A stretch of 64,000 nucleotides of DNA from Gnetum montanum. Lineage: Eukaryota; Plantae; Gnetophyta. Position numbers and translations under genes: made by a program. Each line of letters opens with the position of its first letter. Position 1 is the first letter of the stretch. This document shows positions 1 through 13,785 of the stretch, one piece after another. The stretch is taken from positions 1 through 64,000 of the forward strand of contig MNCI01002583.1 in the NCBI GenBank assembly GCA_015680685.1, written 5' to 3'. A model generated the notes under the pieces. That model was not told where the DNA came from and made no database searches. It saw nothing but the letters and a program-made list of their open reading frames with translations.

Positions 1-1394
1 TTAGACTTCTAGAGTAATGTCCAATCCACCAAGCTCTCAAATTTTGATGAGAGGTGAGTTAGAAATTGAGGATTTAGAAAAAGTTAATCTTTTATTTCTT
101 AAAATAACTAACTCAAATATTTCTATGTAAGTTCAATTATCCAAATATGTAGAGTTTTTATCATTTGGCATTTTTGTAGAACTTATTGTAAGATCTTTCC
201 TAGGATTGAAATTAGAGAACTCAGGTGATGTTCCATTTTGATATGCAATACAAAGGATTAAATTGTATAAATCTTGAAATAAGTACAATAATTAGAAATG
301 GCTTCATCCATTATGAAATTAAGTTCATGAAGGAAATGTGGAATGGCCAAAGGGGTTAAGGATCATACGAAGTACAAATGATAAGTAGAAGTTAACTTTG
401 TATAATGTTTTACTATTTTTGAAGTTATAAGATGAAGATAAAGTTAGTTAATGATAATACATGCTTACTTGTAGCTTAAATAATCATTGATGATGCCAAA
501 TTCCTTAATTTCATAGAAGTAATAGAAGAGTTTAAATTAAGATCCACTAGTGAAGTGCAAAGTGATCAAAAAGTGTCATTTGAAGGGGAAGAAGTTAGAT
601 ATTTTAGCAAGTATAATAGGATGAGAATTTTATGTGCTTCAGGTTTGAAGCATCTCTATCCTTACATGATATAATGTGTTGGTTTAATCAAGTGTTATTA
701 TATGGAAAAGGAAGTTTTTGTGATGCATGTAAATCAAAAGAAAGTAATCATCACTTGAGATGTGGCTACACTAAGGTCTTTATTAGGATTCCTAGAGTAG
801 GAAATAAAGATTGATAGTTCAAAGCTAGATTCAATAGAATTGGTGTCCATAAAAGAGTGGATGGAATCAATAAAGAGGGATACCATCAACATCCATAAAG
901 GAACAAACAAAAATTTGAAGAAGTTGTTCCCTTTATTTATTAAGAGGCTCTTTTGTAATAATATAAGCTTAAAATGGAAGCTAACCTCCACTCAGTTGTA
1001 TGAGTTGTATAGGAAAATGATGTAATGAAGGGTAACCAACTAAACATTAGTTATGCATTAAGTGATAGTAAAAGAAATAGAGAAGCTATGTAGGAGAACA
1101 AAAAATGAAAGAGAAAGATAGTGAGCAAGTAGCTCGATTTTGGTTTCTATTATGGTATAATAAAAGTCATGGCAATGCTATTTTCTCAAGGAGGAGAGAA
1201 TCATATCAATGTTACTTCAGAAGCAAAATTTAGACCCCCATAGTACCAACACTTTGAAAGTTTAATGTTTGCATATAACATTAGAGGTGGTGCTCCTCTA
1301 GCTTTAGCTTTGAATACCAAAGAGGAGGTTGGGTACTTGGTTTTTGACAACATTGAGGAACCTTGGAAGAAAATAAGTGGATATAGGAAGTAGG

Positions 1395-2281
1395 TGATGG
1401 CCAATGAGGTACCCCTATGCCAACCATATAAATCACAAAGCGTTCATGCGTGATCTGGTCAAATTTCGTGGACTTCCTAACTTCCAATGCACGAGTCTTC
1501 TAGGAAGTGAATCTTATCATAAGGTCATTCGTTGTCTTTCCAATTACACTTTTGAAGTAAAAAGGTATGGTTAAGTGTAATTGAGAGATATGATTTTTAT
1601 CATTTTATATTTTATGTTCTTTGGTGCTTTGAAGAGAGAGGTAAAGTAATTTAATGACTAATCTAAATTAACTGACTAACTAATCTCTAACTAGTCTTAA
1701 CATAAGCATCCAATCTCACTTTCCGTACATGTCCTGAACACACATATCCCCTACTAGGTTACCAAGTGCTACACTACTAGGTGCACTAAGCAATATCACT
1801 ACTAGGATTACCAAGTGAATACGTGTTACACTTGAAGTGGTCGTACTTATGTATTTAGTCTATCTAGCTTATCTTGCTTAATTAGCTAATTAACTTATTT
1901 ATTGAAAAATATTGAATAAATAACTAAGAATATTAAATGCATAAATGAAAAATTTAAACTATCCAAAATGATACAAGGTTTATCAAGAAGCTCATCTTTA
2001 TTACCACACACATTGTCATGCTTAGGTACAACAATGCTCAAATAAAGATCTGTATACTCAATGACTCCTGTTGTGGACACTTGGAAAAAATATTCTAACT
2101 TTTGAATGGAAAACCTATAAGTACTCTGCTACTACTATCAATTTGATGCCATAAATGAGGCTAATGAGCACATATTTATAGCAAAAAATTAACCTTGCAT
2201 TAACGGGGTTGCTTCAATGGGGCCCAGTTGATGATGATGCATCAATGAGGCCTCATCAATGCAACCAACTGTGACCCATCA
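1395..2281 (-). repeat. 3' LTR of element A
   Basis: About 80-85% identical by eye to 13786-14645. Starts TGATGG and ends CCATCA. TATA (GCTATAAATATG on minus) near 2171-2182. Confidence 0.92.
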
Positions 2282-2297
2282 TACCCCCACAGCTAAA
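2282..2297 (-). other. Polypurine tract of element A
   Basis: Minus strand reads TTTAGCTGTGGGGGTA immediately before the LTR start TGATGGG, similar to the Athila-type AAGTTTGGGGG tract. Confidence 0.7.
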
Positions 2298-2522
2298 TGA
2301 AAACTCATCCTCAAGTTTCTTTACAAAATTAGAAAGGTATGGGATTATTGACTAACTCTTAACAAAACAAAACAAACTTTTTTGACAAAATTAAGTGCCC
2401 AAGTGTATAGATCAACACATGATAAAAAATTACAGTGTTCATGATACAAAATTGAACACCATGATATGACTCTTAAAAATTGGATAGAATGCTTTCTGAT
2501 GGCATGAATTTTGTGGAGAAGG

Positions 2523-5389
2523 TTAGACAATCCCAGGCAGTGGAGGTTCCTGAGATTCTGAGAGACCTTCACTAGTTTTAGGCATGTGCAATGGTTGAGG
2601 CATCTGTGGTTTCCCTACTACTGCTACAAATTTTGACAGGAGGAAAAAAGCATCCAAAAATGCTTTAATTTTCTTCTCATTACTCTTGGGATCATGCACT
2701 ATCCATGTAACTTTGTCAATGTGGGTTAGAATAGGCACATCCCAAAGACAAGAAATCACTAGGAATAAATCCTTTACATTGATGAACTAGGTAGTGAATT
2801 GTTTGTGCTCAATGTCAAATTCTCTACCTGCAACTTTTTACTCTTGCTAATCATTCATTCTCTTGGTCAAGTTCTTGATAGTTGATCATTGATCTATGAA
2901 TATTGCCTTGAGAACTTCATGTTTGGCATTTGCTATCTCAAGCTTTTTCTTGGTGTCTTTATGGTGCTTAAACTTAGCCTCGTATAGAAAGTATGAGTTG
3001 GCCACTTGTTTTTCCAATTCTAATTGTAGTCATCTAGAATTTAGCATTTCTAGGTTTGTATAGTAGAGATTGGCCAATTCCATGTATTTTGTCATTTCTT
3101 CAATTTGCAACTCCCTCAAGTGAATCTATGCTCTATTATAGGCATCAATCCCATCAATGATNAGTGAATCTATGCTCTATTATAGGCATCAATCCCATCA
3201 ATGATGGGCTGCCACACTTGGCTTCCTTGCTGGATTTGCTAGAGGGCTTCATTTACTTTTTCCTTAGCCATTTGAATGTTCTTCCCATTCACTTCCTTTT
3301 TTAAGAAAACCTGGTCTCTATAGTGATTTTTAACTCTTTCAAACTTCAAAGCCTCAATTTTTCTAGGTAGTAATCTAGATGATAAGCTTCTATCATAAGG
3401 CCTAGACTTCCTCCATAGATTGATTTCAATTCTCCATGGCTAGTTTCCTCAACTTAGTATTTACCCTAGCGAGTTGCTCCTATTGTTAATGAATGAATTC
3501 TTACATTTTTTGTTTTTGTGCATCAACATTATGCAAGCGATGATTTTTTACAATCAGTGACTCATTTTACTAGTGCATTTGAACCAAGTCCTTCTAAACT
3601 GAGTAAGATTTTACTTTTGCTATAGATTGATTGAATATGGTCATCACCATTTCCTCATCAACTTATTTTAGTCATTCTTGAAGCTATTAAAAATATTCAT
3701 CTCTAGTTATTTCCAAGATGAGGAGTGAGAGATTAGTAAAACGAGCACACAGTTTAGTAACTTTTGTATCTAACTCTTGGTTATGTGCTTAGGTCATTTC
3801 AAGTTTCCCATCCAAGATGATGCACTTAACCTTTGCTTCTAGCAGATCTAACTAGGTTGCAGTGATATTGTCTGGAAAATCGAATATATCTAGAATTGTT
3901 TGCCCTATCCCTACCAGTTGGTCTAGCAACTCTTCATGCTAGGCTACACTCAATTTTTCATTGACTGTGCTTGTAGACATATACACATCTTAAAATGAAA
4001 ATATGTTTGGTACAAATGCCCCAAGTGCATTAAGCACTTTAGCAATTGGATTAGCAACAACTTCAACAATAGTCTCCTACTCTTGGTGTTGCATAACCAA
4101 TACAGTTGCCCCCTCATCTTCCTTAAAAAATACAAAAAAGGAGGTAGCATTCCCAAAGATTTCTAGGAATAAATGGTGTTAAGATAATGACACTATCACC
4201 TCTCAAGCATTGGGATCTAACCTTGTAGGCAACTGTGTCTATTGGATAGAGAATATTGGTCCATACATTTCCATTTAGCTTATTATCTGAGCCACCTCAT
4301 TAAAGATGGTTCCAAACTGCTCATTCCTACATTCTACTTCTATTCATGCAAGAGCTATTCTTGAATTTTGTGCAAGCACTTAATAAATATGCAAGCCTCT
4401 AGTGTTGTTTCTTGAGTAGGCGATGGAAGTGGTGGCCAATGCTCCTCTTTTTTAGTCATGGTAGATATCTTTTTCTTCATTACTTTAGACCACAAGGCCA
4501 AAGGGGCATGTCTAACAGTGTCATCTATGTAGCAGATGATCCCTATTCTTTTGCAAAGTTTCCAAATCAGGCATGGAAAAGGCAAGGTCTTCCTTCCATG
4601 TTCATTTTCTTTAAAGTGCCCTTTGATCTCTAAATAGATTAGTTGTGGAAGGTTTGCTAGAAATCTCCTACTTGAACTAGTGCATGCTTAGGTAGAAAAG
4701 GCAGTCACCTTGCTAGGCCTCACCATTAGATTGAGGTAATAGGCTACAATTTTGAGGTGTATGCATTCCACCTATGTGAGCACATTGAACTTCTTACGGT
4801 CAACCTTCTAACACCATTGAGTCCACTCCTTTTTAGCCTCAAGGTCATCTTGTGTTAACAGTTTTGCTAGTTATATCCCAATATCAGGCAACCCCAACAT
4901 TTATGCAATAGCTTCAGCCAAGTATCGTTGATTTTCACTATGGAGCCTGGCCCCTTTTTGTTCCTAAAGAGATATATCTCTTGCATGTATTACTTCCCAC
5001 TGAAAGTGATGACTAGCCAAATGGGAGAGGTTTGCAATTGTGCTTTTATCTTTTCTAATACATGCTCTAAAAAAGACTTGAAGTTTAGTTCCTAGAGAAC
5101 TAAGCATTAGATCCTACAAAGCTTGATGGTGTCGAGGAAAGCTTATGTTAGTATGACTTCAAGCCTTGGTATGGGTCATGATATTGCATTGTGATTGTCC
5201 TGAAGGAACTTCTTCTTTAGGAATCTATTGAACAAATTCCACTTTGGGCTCCTCTCAAAGAGGTCCTATTACATGGGTTACCTCTGGTGGCTTGAGGATT
5301 TGTTTTTGTTGATCCCTTCTAGTTCTATGTCATTTCTCCCTTGGTTGAGAGGTTCATCCCTCCTCTAGTCAATTTGGTCTTGGTGCCAT
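2523..5389 (-). pseudogene. Athila env-like accessory ORF (about 950 codons, disrupted) with long coiled-coil-like C-terminal half
   Basis: Lies between INT and the 3' LTR. Starts ATG GCA CCA right after a CTAAC...TTACAG splice acceptor. Contains MPFPCLIWKLC (4355-4585 ORF), resembling the FPxLITxLC motif of Athila env-like proteins. E/K/L-rich remnants run to the stop at 2523. Confidence 0.7.
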
Positions 5390-5843
5390 CTGTAATCACA
5401 ACATGATCATAGGTTAGCAATTCTTGTGTAACATGAAACAATTGGGATACCTTATCTCCTTAGGATAGTTACACTTGGCTAAGTTATGATTATGGCTGAT
5501 TTAATCAATTTTCATCATTATTTTATTTATGTTTTAATGTTAACGTCATTTTGAAGGGTGTTGGAAGAATTAACTCTCAAAATTTGATGGTTTTATATCA
5601 TTGTATTCATTAAGCCTTTGGGGGAGTTAGAAAATTTTTCAAAAATTTTTCATTGAAAACCTTAAGGTTTATTGTCCCCACAATGAAGAGCTTATGTTTG
5701 GTAGCTACAAGGTCAAAAAACGGAGTGATTTGGACAAATAGTTAGGAAGTTATGGGATCTGGAGGTTTTTGGGCTCTAAAAAATGGGAAAAACTCCCCTT
5801 GTGTTATGAAACAAATAATTAAAAATCTCAAAGTATGCAGTGT

Positions 5844-5950
5844 TATTTATAGGATATTTAGCATGCACCGATAGGGCCTAGTTTATGGGGCCTCATCAAT
5901 GGGGGTTGGTTGCATCAACTAGGGCTAGTTGACACAGTTGTTGACCATCA
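5844..5950 (-). promoter_or_regulatory. Candidate internal promoter for the env-like gene
   Basis: CCTATAAATAAC on minus (TATA 5844-5851), preceded by GGCCTCATCAATG / GCATCAA motifs that also occur upstream of the LTR TATA (2200-2281). Confidence 0.55.
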
Positions 5951-7599
5951 TAGACTTTTGTTGAATTCGGTCAAACTTCCAAAATACAAGTATTTTTTGA
6001 GTGAAATTTTGGTCCAATGGAAGATCAAAAAGTCATGAACAAGATGCAAATAATAGAAGATGGTTTTGGAGCTTAGAAATTTAGGAAATTGAGAAAATGA
6101 TCTGGAGAATGAATTTAATGGAAGTTAAAAGGAGCACTAAGTAGGATACACAATGGGATATGCAAAAGATAAGATTGTAACAATGTCTAAAGTAAGGACC
6201 TTAACTAACCAAGCCAAACAATATGCATGTGAGTCCTCTCCATAGCAAGCACATACCATTTTTTCCCTTGCACAACCTCAACGAAGGAGCCCATGGACAC
6301 CATAGTTGATTAATGGTCATGAAAAGTTAAGGACCAACCCAGAAGTATATATCCATGAATTCCAACACATCAAACTAAGACATCAATCATAACATAGAAA
6401 CCAATAGTGATATGAGTTATGGCAACATAGATGGATGATTGAGAAGGTGGGATAGATTCTTGTATTGAGGTCATAAAAAGTTCCTTGTGGAGTTTCTATT
6501 TAAAATGACCTGAGAAGATCCATCCTTAGTCCAGACCAAAACTAGCCTCTTTTAGGAACTTTGCATCACCACTCCAAGATCAATCTACCCACTCAAGATA
6601 CAAGAGTTCTTACTCAAGACAACCACCATTTCATAAAGAGAAGAAAAGAGAAGTAGGAAGTAAGAGAGAGGGCCTNCACCATTTCATAAAGAGAAGAAAA
6701 GAGAAGTAGGAAGTGAGNCAATGCTTGTAGTCTATTTATTTGTCTAAGGGATGTTCTTTGAANCCATAGATAATGCTTTTAGTCTATTTATTTGTCTAAG
6801 GGATGTGCTTTGAATTCCCATCATGTTTTTTTTTTGGATGAGAACCACACAATTCAAAGACTTTATTTTACTTCCTATTAGTGGCTGGAATGGAATGGTA
6901 AGAAGTTCATGAGAAGACACTCAAGCACTCAAGCAAGTAGAAGAGTACAAATTTTATTGCATCCCCTTGAAGTAACATCCTATACAAACAGTTGAATCCT
7001 TCTCAATTCTAGAAACTACCAAGATCATCAATTGATAAAAAAGTTTCTTTAATGCAAGATACCTAAAAATTTTAGAACAAGGAAAACCATAGAGTTTGTT
7101 GGATGGGTAGATGACATGGACTCACTTCTTGTTCCATGAAAAATAAACCATGTCATAGTCATCAAACATCAAAATTCAAAAATAGAAACCAAACATTAAC
7201 AATTACAACATTAAGCACAAATCATAATTAGTAAATAGTAATAGTGGCACTGTGTTTTGTGATAATAAAGCACCTTTATTAGTAGAAATAATGAAAATTC
7301 ACACTAAAAAAAATAAAGTAAAATATATAAGAAAGTGTAAACTAATCAAGAAAGGTAAAACATACTAACAATGTTGTAAAATAAAAAATTAAGAAAATCA
7401 ATAGAATGAAAAACCAAAGAAAAAGATAAAAATCAAAAAAGTGTAAAACAAAAATGTGTAAAAAAAAAAGTGAGAGACTGAGAAGCCATGTGGATGGTTA
7501 GCATGGATGGCCATCTCCCCCATGATTGTGTTGAAGGGAGGAGATCCAGAAAATGAAGCATGGTTGTCCATCCATGAGGTGGTAGTTGTAGTAGCTTGT

Positions 7600-10500
7600 C
7601 TTGGTTTGAGAAAAGGTTTCACTTGTTGGATATTAACCAATTACTTTTTATTTGGGATTTCAAGTTTGTAGATTAACATGGTCCTAAAGGGAAAGGTTTG
7701 ATCAATTATATAAGGTTCTGCCTATAATGTTTGGAACTTTTTCTTCTGGGGTACGTGTGTGGGGTTCTAATAGAAAACCTTATCTCCTAGTTGAAATTTT
7801 ACTTTCTATATTTTGAGGTTATGACATTGCCTATTGAATGCCTTGTGCATATCATTCAAAGATAGGGCCACCAATTGGTTTTCATCTAGCATGTTGAGGT
7901 TGATCAATCTTTCTTTTTGTACTAGACTTAGGTCAAGATTTAGATCATGGGTTATTGAGAGTGTACGAAGCTTAGATTGAATCAAGAACATTGGAAGTTT
8001 TCTATACACTAGCTCATAGGAAGAGTAGCCAATAGGAAATTTTCATGTTGAGTAGTAGGCCCATAAGGCATCATTGAGTTTTGTGCTCCAATCTTTCCTA
8101 TATTTTCTTATGGTCCTTGTTAGGTTCCTTATGATCTTCTTGTTAGTTACCTCTGCTTAACTATTAGCTTGGGGTTAATAGGGTGTTGTTAATTTATGTT
8201 CAACCCCTAAGTATTGCATCAACTTTCTAAAAGTGGCACCTATGAAATGAGTTCCATTATAAAAAATTAGAGCACATGGCATCCCAAACCTATTTACAAA
8301 ATTTTGTTATATAAATTTAGTGGTGATGGATGATGTACAATTGTTGATGACTGCTACTTCTACCCATTTAGTGTAGTAGTTGACTTCTACGATGATATAT
8401 GCCTTTCCATTAGACATGGGTGTGATGGAACCCATGAATTTAATTCCCCATATGTCAAAGGGATCCAATGGTTGAATCCACTATTGAGGACCTTCCGTTC
8501 AAGTAGTTACCCCACCATCTCATTGACAGTGTTCACAAGATCAAACAAACTGATGGGCATCCCTAAAGATTGTAGCCTAGTAGTGTCCTACCATCACGAT
8601 TTTTGTGGTCGTGCATCTCCCTACATAGTGGCCTCTATAAGGTCCTTCATGAGCATCGTAGAGAACACACAGTTGATCTTCATCAGGGACATACCAACAA
8701 ATTATGCCATCAACACACACCTTGTAGAGCTATTCATTAATTTCCATGAAGTATTTGGCTTGATGAAGAAATTGTTACTTCTTTCTAAAGTTAAGATATT
8801 GTGGCATCTCTTGAGTGAGAAGATAGGTGAGGATTCCATTGTACCATGTTATTCCTATGGGTACTTAGTCATTTATTACTTCTATAAAGAGGAGTTCATC
8901 TAGAAACTAATCAAAGAGTGGGCTCTCCTTCTCTTTATTATCCCATCTTAATTGAGAGAGGTGGTCAGTGACCACATTCTTGATCCATTTTCGATCTACC
9001 ATGATGAGATCAGATTCCTATAAGATCATGAGCCACCACATGATATGGGGGCTCACCATCAACTTTTTCATTAGGAAGTGGATAACATTGTGATCTGTGT
9101 GTAAAAATACTTTATAACCAAGCACATAATGCCTAAATTTTTCAAGAGTAAACACCACTATCATTAATTTTTGATTTGTGATGGTGTAATTTAGTTGTGC
9201 ACATACAATGCTTCAAATTGCACAGTGGAAGTATTATGGATAATTTTTTATCATCCAACTATGTAAGCATCACTCTCAAAGCATAATTAGATGTTTCTGT
9301 CATTATGTAAAATGGTCTAGACTAGTTTGGTATTTGTAGAATTGGAGTTTCTACGAGTTTCTCCTTCAACTATTGGAATGCATGTTTGCACTCCTTGGTT
9401 CAAATGAATGAAGCATCTTTCTTTATAAGCTCAACCAACAACTTTGCATTCTTAGAGAAATTCTCTATGAATCACCAATAGTAGCCAATATGTCCAAGGA
9501 ATGATCAAACATCTTTAATGATCTATGGTTGGTGTGTTATTCCTTGGATGACCCTTATCTTCTCCAAGTCTACCTTAATCCCTTCTTGTGAAATTTGATA
9601 CCCTAATATGATGTTCTTTTGGACCATTAGATGGCTTTTCTGCTAATTGAGCCTAAGGTTTGTTTCAACACATATTTTTAGAACTTGCTTAAGGTGATCT
9701 AGGACTTGCTCAAATGTAGCCCCATAGGTAGATAAGTCCATGAAAACTTCTATCCCACTACCAATTTGCTATTGCTAAATACTAAGGACCATACATTGAA
9801 ATGTTGCAAGGACATTACATAGAATGAATGGCATCTTATAATATGCAAAAGTCCCCTAGGAACTTGTGAATGTTATCTTGGCTTGATGTTTTGGTGCAAT
9901 TTCAATTTAGTTATAGCCACTATAACCATCCAAGAAGATGTAATAGAAAAGCCCTGAGATAGTGTCCAACACTTGGTCCACAAATGGAAATGAGAAATTA
10001 TCTTTAAATATTGCCATGTTCAATAGCCTAAAGTCAATGTAGACCTATCACTTACCACTTTTCTTTGGCATAATTACAAGTGGGCTAACCCACTTGCTAT
10101 TTGTGATGTAATAGATGAACCTCGCCTTGAGGAGCTGCTCTATTTCCTTCTTGATGATATGTTTCAAATTGGGATTCAATTGCCTCTACAATTGCCTTCT
10201 TGGCTTCATAGTTGGGTTGGTGTAAATGTGATGTTGGCATATCCTTGGATCGATTCTAGTCAACTTAAGATATGATCAAGCAAAGCCTATTGGCCATTTT
10301 TTAACCACATTCAACAACATTTATTTTTTTTAGGAGAAAGTTTGGCATTGATTATGATTGGTTTACCATTATTTAAGAATGCATACTCTATGTTGGTTGC
10401 TAGAGTTTTCAACTCTAGGGGCTCTTTCTTGAAGTTATTAGAGATTTCCAACTCTCCCCAATAGGTATCATCATCTTCGTCATCAGAGAGTTGATGATGA

Positions 10501-13320
10501 ACTTGCTTAACTTCATCCATGCTTTCAACATAAGTACATGTTAGGCTCTTAGTTGGTACCATGCATAATGTGCTACTATCTAAGTCAGTTGTTAGCTAGT
10601 GGGTGCCCTCCTATGTTATGGCTACTACATACAAACACCTTTGAATATCTATTTCTTATGAACATTGATTACATGCTTTAATATATGTACTTTTGATGGA
10701 CCAAATCTTTTGCATGCAGTTGCACTCATTATCGCTATATATGATGCATGGAATACACTTCTTCCCTAGCCTTCCAAATTCATCTTCCTTGGAGATTTCC
10801 AAGGAGATGTTCCTTATGTCCATACATGCATCAACCGTGATTAACCATGATCTTCCCATAATGATGGAAAAGTCACCTTTGCAATTTTTTATCTTGATTA
10901 CTAGAAAATATATAAGATAGGACCACCCACTACCTGTGGTCACAATGTCCTTCACTAATCACAAAGGAATAGTGATTGACTGGTCTACCAATTCTAAATA
11001 GATGTTTCATTTCTTGAGAGGTGGTAGGTTCCATGCCTTATACATTTCATGAGAGATGACATTAATACTAGAACAAGAATCAAGAAGACCCTTGCATGGC
11101 TCATGTCCAATGATTTGTAGGTAAATGAGTGGACTTCCTAGGTTAAATATTTTCATGCAAAGATTGCCAACTTTGATCCAATTGAAAATATCATGAGTTA
11201 ACCTCACAATGTAGATTTGAGGTAGTGTTTGGTTTAAAAGACATTCAAAGGTGTTTAATGTAGAGGATTAGGGTGTTGGGGATGCAAGATGACCAGCTAC
11301 ATTAGGTTGTAAGGGTTTGGGAGAGCTATTGGGTCAAAAAAAGAATTATTTCTTGGATTGATTATCTAAACCACTCAGTGGGAATTCTAGTTGTGATGGT
11401 AGCATTTTGTTGTTGTGATTGTAAAGGAATTTCTCCCAACATCAAAAGAGCAAGAGGTAATTGGATTGAGGACAAAGGGATGTGTGTAGATGGATGTAGA
11501 GGATGGTATGGATATGGGTTCTCTCCTCGAGTAGATGGTGAATGTGTTCAATGGTACTTTGGAGGGTAATAGTGATGCTAAAATGAGGTGTGGCTTGTAG
11601 AACATTGTGGAGAAAGGAATTCCTAAACATAGTACCTATATGGATTTGGTTGCCTATAAGGGTACTACTACCTTGGTGGTGGCACTATTGGTATTGCTCA
11701 TATGGTTGTGGTGGAGCTCCACTCGGGTAATAAGCTTGTTACTTCTAGTGGAACTACCTTAGATTACCTTGAGGATAAGGCAATCATTTGGGTGCTTGCC
11801 TACATGCTAGTCGAGGATTCAATGCATACACCCCAAACTCTTGTAAGTATGGCACCATTGGGTAACATCCCTTTGGATGTTCATATTGATAGATTTCACA
11901 ACTAGTATCATCCTTAGAGTTGGTTCCCACAACTTCCTCTATGGCAATAGCTTTGTCCTTACCTCTTTGGTAGGCATGTTTAGCTCCTTTCTACCTCCTA
12001 TGATCATGATCACTATTCTATTCTTTGAATGCCTTAGAAATTTTCATGGAAATTTGGGGCTTTTCATCCAAAGAGTCCCATAATATATCAACCTTTGTCA
12101 AAATGTTAAAAAAATAGATTTTTGGATAAGCAAGGTTTTCTTGTTCACCACTTCATCAAGTGGTGACTCCTTCTCATCACAAAATTAAACCTCCATTTTT
12201 TGGATGGAAGGATCCCTATTATACTTTTTTGCACTTTCCATTTTTTCACAACTCACCTTCTTATTTTACTACTTGCTCTAGAAGCCTTTACATCGAATGA
12301 GATCTTAATTCAAATAGTCTCCCTTGGGCATAAATCCCAGGAGTTCTTCTAATTTCTATGTATGATTTGGAAAAGCTATTTCCTTTGAGAATAACCATGG
12401 CTAGGTTATCAATGTAAGAGATAATAATATCTACCCATGGCAGCATCCAAGGGTTCATGTGTTCCCTATTTCTAGCCTTGGATTTGCCTTCTCAAATCAA
12501 AAACTTTAGAGTATGTTTGGTATTTGTCATTAAATAGTTCTAACATGGTATTCCATTGACGAATAGATTCTAGCTCCAAGGACTAATACTAGCTTTTAGC
12601 TTCCTTGATGAGTGTCCTAGGAAAAAAATTGCATTTTTAACCATCATTTTCAATGTTTTGTAGAGCTCAAGCATTGTGGAAAGCTTGTAGATGTGTCTGC
12701 AGATTAGAGTTGTATTCCCCCTCAAATCTTGGGATATTATTCATGTCTAAGTGCTTGATCCAACTATATTTCACATGCTTGGTTGGGATCTTTATTACCT
12801 TTACAATGTTAAGCATATTTCTAGTTTCCAACAAAGGTTCATCATCATCATTGTATTGATGATGCCGATGATGATTCTTGCCACCTCTGCATTCTTGATG
12901 ATCTTGAAAGTCATTGCTATCTCATTAATCACCTTCATCATGAATATTTTGATGGTGGCTTTTATAAGAACTAGCAGATGAAGAGGAATGCGTGAAATTG
13001 AATGAAGAGGATGAAGAGGAAGGTGGACTACCACCACCACCATGGTAACTACCATCACCTTTTCACTCATTACAACCATCATCCTTGGATCCCTTACCAT
13101 CATGATGTTTGCCCAAGTTCCTACTTTGACTATCACTTTTTCTTGAACTTAGTTTATGAATAATGGATCACAGGGTCAGGGCCACACTCTCATCACCAAC
13201 AATAGGGGGTGGAGAATCTTCATGGTGAGAACCTTCAAAGGGAGGATCCTCATTATCATCTTGATTTAGTAGGAACAAGGGATTAATGAAGTATTTTCCC
13301 TTTACAAACTCATGGTGCTT
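7600..13320 (-). pseudogene. pol: gag-pol of element A (gag about 13300-11200, protease about 11100-10650, RT about 10290-9500, RNase H about 9300-8950, integrase about 8800-7600)
   Basis: Protease LLDSCSSINVI...IMGRSWL. RT motifs WVSPLVIMPKK, FLDGYSGYN and MPFILCN. RNase H and integrase remnants (PFDIWGI.FMG, YYTKWVEVA, PQAN). Many stops. Confidence 0.9.
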
Positions 13321-13766
13321 CTACTAATGTTGATCTCACTTGTGTTGTGTTTCAGTGGGATGGTATTCCTAAGTGTCATAACCATTCACAACTTATTCCT
13401 CATGAAGATCCAAGATGCCTAACTTCCTAAGGATTTGAAATAGCATCTTAGGCATATATTGATCAAGGGAAATTATGATATTATCCTCCATGTCATGCCA
13501 TCATAGCTACTCATCCTAGTGTAGGATGAAGGTAATGTCTAGTACATACTCATCTGGATGAGTATATCCCACTTTGCACTCTTGTGGGAACAATGGTTTG
13601 ACGTCTTCATGCCAATGGGAACAAGAAGACATTTTGAAAAAAAAAACAATTATCAATGTGCTTAGTAATTATATGTTGTTGTAAGAGTGATGTTGATCTT
13701 GGGTTCATCCAATGATATCAATAATATTCACTAAACCTAGATAGTACACATTTCAACAAATAGAAG

Positions 13767-13785
13767 TCCCTTGTAATGGTGCCAA
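13767..13785 (-). other. Primer-binding site of element A (tRNA-Asp type, decayed)
   Basis: Minus strand reads TTGGCACCATTACAAGGGA, a transition-decayed form of the Athila PBS TGGCGCCGTTGCCGGGGA, directly after the LTR end. Confidence 0.85.

Noticed and set aside
3119-3205. Exact tandem duplication around a single N (also at N 6676, 6718, 6763, 62752, 62844, 63055)
   Set aside because: Duplicated sequence abutting lone Ns is typical of unmerged contig overlaps, so this is an assembly artefact.
8472-8903. 143-aa plus-strand ORF and many similar short ORFs in the track
   Set aside because: These are antisense shadows of decayed gag-pol sequence with no independent protein motifs.
12751-13136. 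Met/Ile/Val-rich ORFs that look like membrane proteins
   Set aside because: They are off-frame readings of a GAT/CAT-rich low-complexity stretch in the gag of element A.
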